Assembly: GCF_020745735.1 (NCBI RefSeq)
Contig: NC_083406.1
Location: forward strand, 26,968,255 to 27,032,254
DNA length: 64,000 nt
From: Hemiscyllium ocellatum
Taxonomy: Eukaryota
Direction: 5' to 3'
This document shows, piece after piece, positions 48,721-60,452 of this stretch (the stretch's first letter is position 1; each line of letters begins with the position of its first letter). A program made the position numbers and the translations under genes. The notes under the pieces were generated by a model. It saw nothing but the letters and a program-made list of their open reading frames with translations, was not told where the DNA came from and did not search any database.

Positions 48721-51700
48721 CCCACCCATCTCCCGATTCCCTGCATCTGAAGTTTTCTTGTCCCATTCCCCCACCCAAACCCATACATCATTGGGCAATT
48801 GACAATGCACTCCTCAGCATTAACCCTTTCAGAGCCTAACATTCTTACACAACAATTTAGTGCAGGGATTGAACGCATGGCTCCAAAGCCCCTTGATCAC
48901 TGAAATTAACAGAGAGATTTTCCAAAGCTTTGGTCCCTTTCAGCAGAGTGTGCCCAAAAACGGGCTCAGTATGTAAAAACGTCATTCAAGAAAAAATATG
49001 GCACAACATGAAAGAAAATGAACTCAACTGTGTTTTTTTCCCCTTCCCTGCAGCATCTTGGCACCAACTCCCATCCATCCTTTATGATAATCATGTGACA
49101 GTGCTGTAAATTGAGCAATCTGGAAATCAGATCAGCAGTGAACAAAACACGTCTTTATTTCCAAAACATACTGGGGAGAGAGAAGGGTCATGAATAAAGT
49201 CATTTCAAGCCTCTATGCCTTTAAATGAGCAAAGTTTCATATGAGTCAGGCTGCGTAATTTCACAAGGAGAAACGTGACCAAGGACCAGAAAGCAGAGAC
49301 AGATGACTCCCCTTATCAAATGACATCTCACAGAAGTCTAGAAAGATCTCATAAGAAACTATTTATTGGATAATGTCTGGCGTTCTGACTCCTGTTTATT
49401 CAGAGATGCGGGCAGTTTTATAAATATCTCATCACTCAGCCATCGTAAGCATTTCAGTGACATGAATCAGGAGATGCTATTAGCAACACAAATAAGTGTG
49501 GCTGCATAGTCGGGGGACGATGAGTAAAAGAAAGAAACATGTGGCATTAATGCACAGCCCTGGATTCTAAACATCTGATAGGCAGATGGCGTGAAGCTGA
49601 TTTTCCGGTTGGGAAGAAGGGGCACATCATTTAGAAGCTTGTTTGCATTTAAACAGATAAACACAAAAAAAAGTAGCAGCATGCATGGACCATTTAAACA
49701 CTGAGTTAGTGCAAAATTCTCAAAGTGACATATAGCACGTCAATTGAGTTTTTTTCTCCTCCCAACCCCAGGGAATATTAATTCCTGTCCTTCAATTGAG
49801 GTATTAGTCAGGAGCATTTCCCCAAATGAAAGAATGGGAGGTATTACAATCAAAGGACACAGAATTGATCTCCATCTACTTCCTTGGCTCAATGGCCTTT
49901 AATGTCCTTTCCTAAAAAAAGTTGTATCAATCTCAGTCCTGAAATGTTCACCCGACCTCTCACTTTTAGGGAGAGAGTTCCAGAATTCCTATTGACAATT
50001 GTATAGACTATTCTTGGTCTTGTATTGCCAAGGAGTATCCAAGAAATCTGTCACATGAAGGACATTAACTAATTTAACTAACAATAACAACATTTATCAG
50101 GAATTGCCAAAGGTTGGTTAAGAAAGAGCAAGAGAATGATCATATCATGTGACACTGCATCACTTCCTATGATGATGTGTACTGTGTCACGTTATCACCA
50201 AGTAGATCCTCATAACTACATCTTCTATGTTTGAGCCTTTGTGTGAAGAGGTGTTTGAATGTGTGGAATGGTCATGTTTTAATATTAAGATTATATCCCC
50301 ATGTTTTGCTGACTGATGCTGAACCTCCTCCAGAAGCTATCATGCTGCATTTAGATATGCCAGTCTTGGAAGATATGGAACACTGATGCTGACTTCTTGG
50401 CATTTACCTAAGAGGTGTATAATCCAAAGATAATAATCAGCAGAGTTTGTGTGAACATGGCATACATATATGTCTTTTTCTTCTTTTCCATCTTGCACCC
50501 TCCTTACTGCTGAGCTAATCCAGAACTTTACTAAATGTACTCAACTCACACCAAGTCCCCTTCACCCTTACAATCTCTGGCTCTCCTCTCCTGATTTGTG
50601 GAACATTTTTCGAATTGCAAATCTCTGTGACCTTCCAGTTCTGGGCTCACTTACATTACCAGTTGATTTTATTTCAGTGTAAGGGCCTAATGTTTTACAG
50701 GTTTAGTCTCTAAACTCTGGGGCACCCTTTTAAAGACTCTGCCTCTCTACCCATTATAATCCTTTGAGACATAAAATCTATATTTTGACCAGGCCTTTTG
50801 TCACCTGTCCCCTTGATACCTCCTGGTGTGACTCATGTATCTGGTTTAGTATGATCATCTCCCCATGTGAAGCATTTTGTGGCATTTCAGCTTATTAAAG
50901 CCACTCCCTACATGCAAATTATTCCTATTATTTGTAGAGCATTATTCATGATGGACCATCTTATGATGAGGAGTACAGAGCATGCACAGTGTTGATGGAA
51001 AACAAGCCAGAAACATATCATTTCTGACCTGAGGTCCTGTAATTCAGAGAGATTATAGTAGGAGGGTGACTTCTTTGCAGTCCATCTTTGTGGATTAGAA
51101 CATGAATTTAGATTAACCTCTCAAACCATCAGTTGATAGTGCTGATGTCAGTCCTGATCACTAACCTCTGCTGTGCTCACGATATAGTAGTACTGGAGTA
51201 ATTTCTAACTTTACTCAGCCATTCCTTGAGGACAAGTAATCAAACTATTATTGATTTTCTTTCTATTCCATCTTCCTCTCAGACCGTGCCACCTGTGATG
51301 AGTTAAATAAGGTTAACAGTACAAATGGCTCCACATTCCAACAAGAAACTTAAAAGTTGTTGGCACTGACACCTGCAGAACTCTAGAAAACAATGGACAG
51401 TATTTTATGCGGTGCCATGGTCCTCAGCACACCTGGCTAAAAAATCAAGAGGGTGGAGCCCTCCTATTTAATGCTGGGAGTGGTGTCCATTGTGTTAAGG
51501 TGAGATGTCTGCCCCTATTTCAGGAGGAAGTCCTGTCTTAGCAATGTGGTGGATAATTGGATAGTTGACAGCTCTGGATTTAAAGACAGCCTGACAATGC
51601 CAATGAGCCCAGCTATATTGAGGGTTGGTCATTTCAGCATGTTTTGCTTCAAAATATATGTTTTTTTTAAGATACTGTTTTCCCTCTTTAACAGGAAGCT

Positions 51701-51858
51701 GTCTTGTTTTGTACACGTTTCTGATGTCGGACCTTGAATTTGTGTAACACCAAAGCATCACCAAATAAATTTTATTAGTTATCATTGCTGAGTCATAATA
51801 GATTCATTTTAATGAGTATGTGCCCCACATTTCCAGTAGTCTTGCTGACCCTTGGATA

Positions 51859-52077
51859 CAGTCGGTTCTGTTACAATGTGCATTTCTTCAATGTGAATTG
51901 CCTATAACACGATTGAAGAACTTAGATCACTATTTGTACAGCGCACATTTTCCTTACCTATATTGACTATAATGTGTTTCCGATCCCATTGATTTAAATG
52001 ATGCTGCTATTATGCAATTTTCTTATAATGCGGAAATGCACAGGAATGGAATTATTGTGTTAAATTAGAACAGACTG
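51859..52077. mobile_element. Tigger/pogo-like MITE
   Basis: TA|CAGTCGGTTCT ... AGAACAGACTG|TA. Confidence 0.78.
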
Positions 52078-53160
52078 TATGTGGTTGGAAACAATTCTGG
52101 AAGTCTGAATACATCACCTCCTGTCACCAATAACTATGGGCACACGTTCTGAGCAATAGCCACTCAATCTTGCACTGTCTTCCCAGCCAATCAGAAAATC
52201 TTTGGATTCTGCTTTGCCTTTATGGGTGTATCCTGACTGTCTTTCAATGGGCCCACACCCAATTAAGGGAGCAAGAGGCTGCTGGAGGTACTCATCAGGG
52301 CGCCAAGGATTATGCTACACTATCATGCTACCACTGCATGCTGGCAGGCTGACTCAGGAAAGATCTATCACATTTTTAAGACAAATAATATCCACTCAAT
52401 TTCATCAGTGTAGGGGCTACTGAATCTGAAGAAAGCAAAGGAGTTAGAAATTCAATTGGGCAAACCATAAAAGGGCACAAACCTTCAAAGAAATAACAAC
52501 AAAGATGATTTTGTTATGCTGGAACGAGTTTTCAAAGAACACAAATTAAAAGACACCATTTCATGTTGGAGATTTTTTTCTTGGGTGTGAAAGTATCAAT
52601 AACAGGAGTGCTGTGTAAATGCTTCATTTATAATGCTTGAAAGTTGATGCACCTTCTGTTAGGTGTACATTAAAGGTCCCAAACACTAAACACCCTACCT
52701 CCAGGACAAACACATTTGGTTAATAGGCCTCCAACACCCAGACTTAATCTCTCTCTTAATGGAGCAAAGTTATTCAGGTGGAACAGGACAAAGCCTGAGG
52801 ATACTGGTTCTTTGAGTTGGTCAACTGGTAACTACATCCATTTAAAGAGGTTTTACACAAACATCTGTATCAACAGATTACAGATGAGTGGAAAGTATAA
52901 TGCAATTGTATAAGGCTTTGGAATGTAACTGGAATAGTGTTCAGATCAGAAAACCCCACTTCAGAACAGTGATATTGGCCTTGGAGGTGATACAGCAAAT
53001 AATAGAGATGAAAAGGTTAAAGTACAAGGTCATGTTACACTGAGTACCAGGCTTACATTTGCTTAAGTCGTGATGATTAAAGGGTGATATAATTGAGGGA
53101 TTAAGGATTTCACAGGATAGAGGAAGAGAAACCATTTCTTCAGTTATGGGAGTCGAGAAC

Positions 53161-53505
53161 ATTTTTTCATTCACAGGATGAGGGCATTGCCAGCTAGGGC
53201 AACATTTATTGTCGATCCCTAATTGCCCAGAGGGCATTAAGAGTTAACAATATTACAGTGAATCTGGAGTTACATGTGGGCCAGATAGGGATGGCAGTTT
53301 CCTTCCCTAAAGGACAGTAGTGAAACAGATGGGTCTTTCATGACTATCGGCAATGGATTCATGGTCATCATGAGACTCTTATTCCAGATTTTTACTGAAT
53401 ACAAGTTTCACCATTGGCCACTTTGATATTCAAACCCAGGTCCCCAAACCATTACCTGGGTCTCTGGGTGAACAGTCCAGCGATAATATCACTATGGCAT
53501 TACTT
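53161..53505 (-). mobile_element. tRNA-derived SINE whose 3' tail matches the LINE family at 9690-11630
   Basis: Reverse complement has a head GCCATAGTGATATTATCGCTGGACT...CCTGGGTTTGAAT and a tail GGGCAATTAGGGAT..CAATAAATG...GAATGAAAAAA. Confidence 0.65.
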
Positions 53506-53655
53506 TCCCCATTTAACAATACCATTAGAAATAGGAACAGGTATATGCCATTGGGGCCCTCAAGCCTGTTCCATCATTCAATAGGGTCATGGCTGAACTG
53601 GCATTCTTCACTTCCACTGTTCTGCCCAATAAGCCTTGACTCCCTTATAGACAGG

Positions 53656-53853
53656 GTAAAAACAATGACTGCAGATGCTGGAAACCAGATTCTGGATTAG
53701 TGGTGCTGGAAGAGCACAGCAGTTCAGGCAGCATCCGAGGAGCAGTAAAATCGACATTTCTGATAAAGGGCTTTTGCCCAAAACATCGATTTTACTGGTC
53801 CTCAGATGCTGTCTGAACTGCTGTGCTCTTCCAGCACCACTGATCCAGAATCT
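53656..53853. mobile_element. Fold-back PLE-derived element centred on a decayed hammerhead
   Basis: Arms 53687-53754 and ~53786-53853 are reverse complements; centre CTGATAA-AGGGCTTTTGCCC-AAAACATC; perfect 12-bp TSD CTTATAGACAGG at 53644-53655 and 53854-53865. Confidence 0.88.
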
Positions 53854-54609
53854 CTTATAGACAGGTAGATTCATGATCAATCTCAGCCTTAAAGATACTC
53901 AAGGACTGTTGAGGGCTTGTACCTTGAAATTATATTTGGACCAGTCAGAATTGAGATCAGGAAGCACTTCTTCACACACAGGCTAGTATACATCTGAAGT
54001 ACTCTTACATGAAATGCAGCTGGGCAGGGGGGTAATTAAAATGTTCAAGAATGAGACTGTGAGATTTATACTGGTGAAAATATGAAAAATTAAACTTGGC
54101 CAGAATATAGATTTAAATTAAGATTAGCTATGATCTCCTTGAATGACAGACAAAAACGTAAAAACCTTAAAATGAAAAGTCATAAAAACATACAGTACAG
54201 AAGAGCCCCTCAGCCCGTTGAGTCTGCACTGATTAAAAAAAACACTCTAAACCCAAATTAGTCCCACTAGCAGCACTTAGCCGATCGCCCTGAATGTTAT
54301 GACATTTCAAGGGCTCATCCAAGTACTTTTCAAAGGTTGTGAGGTTTCCTGCTTCAACAACCTGCCCAGGCAGTATATTCCAATGTCCTATCAGTCTCTG
54401 GGTGAAACATTGTTTCCTTAAATCCCCTCTAAAACCCCTTCAGGCTCTCACTTTAAAATAATTCTTCCTTGTCATTGAGCCTTCCACAATTGCTTTGATT
54501 CCAAACTGCCATGCCTCTCATAATCAGGTCCCATCTCAGCCTCCTCTGCTTCAAAGAAAGCAAATCACACTTATGCAGCCTCTCTTCAAAGCCAAAATGT
54601 TTTATCTAG

Positions 54610-57600
54610 AGTCTTCTAGATCTTGTAACCAAAGATGGAGGCGGGAAAATTTCTGGCTGTAACAGCTACTCCTTTTTAGAGGTATTTTAGATGCTGGAGG
54701 TGATTTCCTCAAATTCCAGGAGCAGCAATTACTGTTGTATATGCTGTTGCATTGTTTTGGAACTTTGGAAAAAAAGTCAAAACAACAGCAGTTTTAAAAG
54801 GGAGAATATCAGACAAAGGAAGCACGTGGTGAGGACAGTGCAGGAGAGAGAGAGAGAGAGAGAGAGAGAGAATCTGCACAGTTACTGCCTTTGATGTTTG
54901 AATTCATGTATCGTTGGACATCGGAGTGCATCTGGAAAAATTAACAAACAGTGAAATTCACAACTGATCTTGGAGGAACTATTGGGCTAAGTTCACAGCA
55001 CAGAATCAGTTAATCGTTGTTTTAAGTGTGGCCTACAGAGAATCTGCAGTATTGAGTACAGTGGGTACTTTCTTGATTATAAGTTTTTGGAGATATGTCT
55101 CTTGATTAAACTTAAAATATAAGCCATAAGTATTGATTTAACCTGGGGTAGTGTTTGTAGAGGAATAAGACGGTGTTATTTTCTGGGTCTGTAGATTTTG
55201 AAGGAGCAAAAATGGCCTTTATTAGAGTGATATGTACTTCTTGTCAGATGTGGGAGTTTAAAGAAAGTTTAAGGGTTACTGCGGATTATATCTGCCATAA
55301 ATGCTGCTGGCTGCAAATCTTATCAGATCGAATGGATTGGTTGGAGAGACAGTTAGAAGCAATGAGGAATTTGCAACAGCAACATTATGTGATTAATGGC
55401 AGTTATAGGAAGAGGGAAAGTCTCAGATACAGTCACATAGATGGGTTAACTCCAGGAAAGGTAAGAGAGGTAGGCAGCTAGTGTAGGAGTCTTTTATGGA
55501 TATACCCATTTCAAACAGGTATGCTCTTTTGGAAAATATAGGGGGTGATGGATTCTCAGGGGAACATAGCACGAACAGCCAAGTTTCTGGTATGGAGACT
55601 GGCTCTAATGCAACAAGGGGTACGTCGAGTTCCAAGAGATCAATTGTGTTAGGGGATTCTCTAGTTCGAGATACAGACAGACATTTCTGTTAGGATGGAA
55701 GAAAAGGCTGGTAGGTATAGGGAATGCTGGATGACTAAAGAAATTGTGTTTGGGTAAGCAAAAGAAGGAAGCATATGACAGGACAGATCGAGTGAATCCT
55801 TAGAAGGGTATAAAGGAAGTAGGAGTATACTTAAGAGGGAAATCAGGAAGGCAAAAAGGAGACATGAGATAGCTTTGGCAAATAGAATTAAGGAGAATCC
55901 AAAGGGTTTTTACAAATACCTTAAGGACAAAGGGGTAACTAGGGAGAGAATAGGGCCCCTCAAAGATAAGTAAGGTGGCCTTTCTGCAGAGCCGCAGAAA
56001 ATGGGGGAGATACTAAATGAGTATTTTGCATCTGTATTTACTGTGGAAAAGGATATGGAAGATATAGGAAGTAGCAAAATAGATGGTGACATCTTGCAAA
56101 ATGTCCATATTACAGAGGAGGAAAAGCTGGATGTCTTGAAACAGGTAAAGGTGGATAAATCCCCAGGACCTGATCAGGTGTACCCTAGAACTCTGTGGGA
56201 AGCTAGAGAAGTGATTGCTGGACCTCTTGCTGAGATATTTGTATCAGCGATAGTCGCAGGTGAGGTGCTGGAAGATTGAAGGTTGGCTAACGTGGTGCCA
56301 CTGTTTAAGAAGGGTGGTAAAGACAAGTCAGGGAACTATAGACCAGTGAGCCTGACGTCGGTGGTGGACAAGTTGTTGGAGGGAATCCTGAGGGACGGGA
56401 TGTACATGTATTTGGAAAGGCAAGGACTGATAAGAGATAGTCAACATGGCTTTGTGCATGGGATATCATGTCTCACAAACTTGATTGAGTCTTTTGAGGA
56501 AGTAACAAAGAGGATTGATGAGGGCAGAGTGGTGGATGTGATCTATGTGGACTTGAGTAAGGTGTTCGACAAGGTTCCCCATGGGAGATTGGTTAGCAAG
56601 TTTAGATCTCACAGAATACAGAGAAAACTAGCCATTTGGATACAGAACTGGCTCAAAGGTAAAAGACAAAGGGTGGTGGTGGGGGGTTGTTTTTCAGACT
56701 GGAGGCCTGTGACCAGTGAAGTGCCACAAGGGATCGGTGATGGGTGCTCTACTTTTTGTCATTTATATAAATGATTTGGTTGCGAGCATAAGAGGTACAA
56801 TTACTAAGTTTGCAGATGTCACCAAAATTGGAGGTGTAGTGGACAGCAAAGAGAGTTACCTCAGATTAGAACAGGATCTTGACCAGATGGGCCAAATGGG
56901 CTAAGAAGTGGCAGATGGAGTTTAATTCTGATAAATGTAAGGTGCTGCATTTTGGGAAAGCAAATCTTAGCAGGACTGACACACTTAATGGTAAGGTCCT
57001 ACAGCGTATTGCTGAACAAAGAGACCTTGAAGTGCAGGTTCATAGCTCCTTGAAAGTGAAGTCATAGGTAGATAGGATAGTGAAGAAGGCATTTGGTATG
57101 CTTTCCTTTATTGGTCAGTGTATTGAGTACAGGAGTTGGGAGGTCATGTGTGGCTTTACATGACATTGATTAGGCCACTGTTGAAACATTGTGTGCAATT
57201 CTTGTCCCATTCCTATCAGGAAGATGTTGTGAAACTTGAAAGGGTCCCAAAAAGATTTACAAGGATGTTGCCAGGGTTAGAGGATTTGTGCTATATGGAG
57301 AGGCTGAACAGGCTGTGGCTGTTTTCCCTGGAGCATCGGAGGCTGAGTGGTGACCTTGTAGAGGTTTACAAAATTATGAGGGGCATGGATTGGGTAAATA
57401 GGCAAAGTCTTTTCCCTGGGGTCGGGGAGCTCAGAACTAGAGGACATAGCTTTAGGGTGAGAGAGGAAAGATATAAAAGAGACCTACAGGGCAACTTTTT
57501 CACACAGTGGGTGGTACATGTATGGAATGAGCTGCCAGAGGAAGTGGTGGAGGCTGGTAGAATTGCAACATTTAAGAGGCATTTGGATGGCTATATGAAT

Positions 57601-57718
57601 AGGAAGAGTTTGAAGGGATATGGGCCAGGTGCAGGCAGGTGGGACTAGATTGAGTTGGGATATCTGGACGGACCGAAGGGTCTGTTTCCATGCTGTACAT
57701 CTCTATGACTCTATGACT
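54610..57718 (+). mobile_element. CR1/HER1-type LINE with putative 5' UTR, ORF1 N-half (Zn finger, coiled coil, start of SGNH esterase), large internal deletion, ORF2 RT half and 3' tail
   Basis: ORF1 MAFIRVICTSCQMWE...CHKC...LERQLEAM, ISNRYALL and IVLGDSLVR; ORF2 KSPGPDQV, NYRPVSLTS, QHGF, FADV, RRLSGDLVEVYKIM; tail (CTATGACT)2 at ~57702-57718. Confidence 0.92.
54844..54869 (+). repeat. (GA)n microsatellite within the putative CR1 5' UTR
   Basis: Directly visible. Confidence 0.9.
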
Positions 57719-58518
57719 CAAGCAACATTTTGGAGCATCTCCTCTGCAGCCCCTCCAGTGCAATCACATCCTTCCTATAATGTGGTTCACCAAAGTTCTG
57801 TACAGCTCCAATATAATTTCACTGGCTTTATAATCTATGCCATGACTGTTAAAGACAAATGTCCCATATCTTAAGTACCCTATTAACCTGTCATTCAGGG
57901 ATCTGTGCACAAAAACCTCATGGTTCCTCTATTTCTCTGAGCTTACCACTGTCCTGCTTATACCAAGTACTCCTTTGTCTTGTTACTTCTCCCAAAGTGC
58001 ACAACCTCACACTTCTGAAGAAGGGTTAACTTCCATCTGTCACTGGTCTGCCCATCTGATCAATCTGTCTTTATCCTCCTGTACCTATGGCCTTCTTCCT
58101 CACTGTTAACTGCCCGACAAATCTTCATGTCATCTACAAACTCACTTATCATACTTGCCACATTTTCTGCAATGCCATTTTTATTTGTCACAAACAATAC
58201 GAGATCCAACACTGATCCCTGTGGTATGCCCCATTACACCAGGTTCCTGTCACACAAACAGCCTTCTACGACCACCATCTGTGTCCTACCACACAACTTA
58301 TTTTGGATCCTACTTGTCAAATTAACCTGGATCCCATATACTTTTACCTTCTTCATCAGTCTCCGGTATGGGACCTTGTCAAATTCATAAAAACCATATC
58401 AACTGCACACCTGATCACCTCCTCATAAAAACTCTCCCAAATTTGCTAAGTATGACTTCCCTATGACAAAGCAATGCCAACTATACCTGATCAAACCTAG
58501 TCTGCCCAAGTGGAGTTA

Positions 58519-59112
58519 CAGGTAGTTCTCTTATAACAAGTGTCTATTAAACATGATTTGGTTGTAACGTGATTTGTGAATTGCAGATTTTTAAAAATAT
58601 GAACTCCAGTTCGTTCTTACGCAATTCCATTCCTGGCACTAGCTGAACAGCAAAACCCAGCCTCAGGATCCTCTGTCTGCAAAATGCAAATTAAGCATGG
58701 TCAGCTAAAACAGGAATGCAATCAGCTCTGCAAGCCTTGAAACTGGGAATTGTTATTTGCATTTCGAAGGAACTTTATTCCAAACTGTGGGAGAATCTTA
58801 GGGAGGGCTGGATTTGTGTGTTGGCCTCACGTGGTCAGTCAGGTCGTGTGCTTTCTGAAGAGCTTCGTAAAAGGTACAGTGCTGTAGTCAATGATTTTAG
58901 TGTTAATGTGTTAATTTTACTATATTATTTAATTAAAATATATGATTTAAAGATTCACTTAGACTGTGTTATCATTTGTGTTAGGCTAACTACTATGTTT
59001 GTTTCTAGTTTACTGATATTTTTCCCAAAGGCCCCATTATTTATATTGTGTGATTTTCTTTAACATGGTGTTGCACAGGAACACAACAACCGTGTTATAG
59101 GAGAACTACCCA
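58519..59112. mobile_element. Tigger/pogo-like non-autonomous DNA transposon
   Basis: TA|CAGGTAGTTCTCTTATAAC ... GTTATAGGAGAACTACCCA|TA. Confidence 0.78.
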
Positions 59113-60255
59113 TAAAAAAAGGTGGTCTATGCATTCTATTAATCGTGATCTAAAAGACAGATAAAGTGGGGAATTCTGCATACTTTTTAAAAATCTTCTT
59201 TTTTTTAATGATACTGGGAATAGTGGGTTTTAATTTTCAGTACTCTACCCAAGTACAGAATAGAAGACTAAATGCTCTTGTTTGTACACTTCAATTAGAG
59301 GGCAAATAATCAGACAGAGGAATCTTTGGTGTAACTTCCACTAGTCAAGTGCAGTTCTTTAATCTAAGAAAGCAACATCGGTGAAATCTGAAGAAATCCT
59401 AGGCCAACTAATCTTGAGTCTGTGGAACGACACAGTCGAGCCAGACAAGACAATATGTCCCTTTCCCCCAACTACAAGTCCCAATCTTCTAAAATGCAGA
59501 TAGTTATACATGCTCGTGTGTGCAAGTATGTGTGTGTGTATAGGCATTTAGAAAGAAACCAGAAGTCCATTTGCTATTCAGTGAGATTATAAGTGATCTT
59601 TGCCTCATTCTACATTCCCATCTTTACCTCCATATCCCTTAATACCTTCAGATAACAAAAATCAATCTCAGTTTTAAAATTAACAATTGATCCAACATTA
59701 ACTGCCTTTAGCAAAAACAGATTTCCAAGCACATTTATGTGAATAACTGTTTCCACTAGCGTCACTGCCTCTAATTTCCAGCTGGCTCCCTTGTCAAGTA
59801 AGTAGCTTAAAAAAAAGCAAAACACTGCAAAGACTGGAAATGTGAAACAAATACAGAGAATGCTGGAGAAACTCAGCAAGTCTGGCTGCACCTATGGAGA
59901 GAGAAACAGGGTTAAGATTTCGAGCCCAATATGACTCTTGTTCAGAATCCTTCAGAACTTCTTCAGAATAGCTTCTCCAATCCATTTGACGGGTTCCTCT
60001 AATGTCTTGAATACTTTGATCAAATCACCTTTAACCCTTTAAATTCCACTGAATACAGGCCTCACTGTGCAATCTCACCTTGTAACTTAGTACTTGGAGT
60101 TCAGGTATCTTTCTCACAAATCTACAATTCATTCTCTCTAAGGTTGGGATGTGTTCACAGGTAGGGGAGGGAAGGGAATTATTGAGGAGGCTAGTGGAGT
60201 TATTTGGCATGGCCAGAGCACATGAAGAGCAATTCCAAATAAAAGAAAAGCTGTA

Positions 60256-60452
60256 GTTGACATACAGGAGGCAGGAAGAACACAGCAAGCCAGGCAGCAT
60301 CACGAGGTGGTCTAAACCTCGCGTCCTGAAGAAGGGTTATACCCAAAACATTGACTTCTCCATTTTCTGATGCCGCCTGGCTTGCTGTATTCTTCTAGCC
60401 TCCTGGTTGTCTACCTTTGATTCCAGTATCTGCAGTCTTTTTTTGTCACTAA
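60256..60452. mobile_element. Fold-back PLE-derived element with a CUGAAGA-type hammerhead remnant
   Basis: Arms ~60263-60302 and ~60368-60405 are inverted; CTGAAGA-A-GGGT-TAT-ACCC-AAAAC at 60326-60349; perfect 15-bp TSD AAAAGAAAAGCTGTA at 60241-60255 and 60453-60467. Confidence 0.82.

Larger units (their letters stand above)
54180..58515 (-). mobile_element. Old CR1 fragment (54180-54610 and 57720-58515) split by the plus-strand CR1
   Basis: Decayed reverse-complement RT motifs (CCAACACTGATCCCTGTGG, GGGACCTTGTCAAA) on the right and CR1 3' UTR on the left. Confidence 0.7.

Noticed and set aside
58013-58030. CTGAAGAAGGGTT resembling the start of a hammerhead
   Set aside because: No stem II closure or GAAA follows; it lies in decayed CR1 RT sequence.
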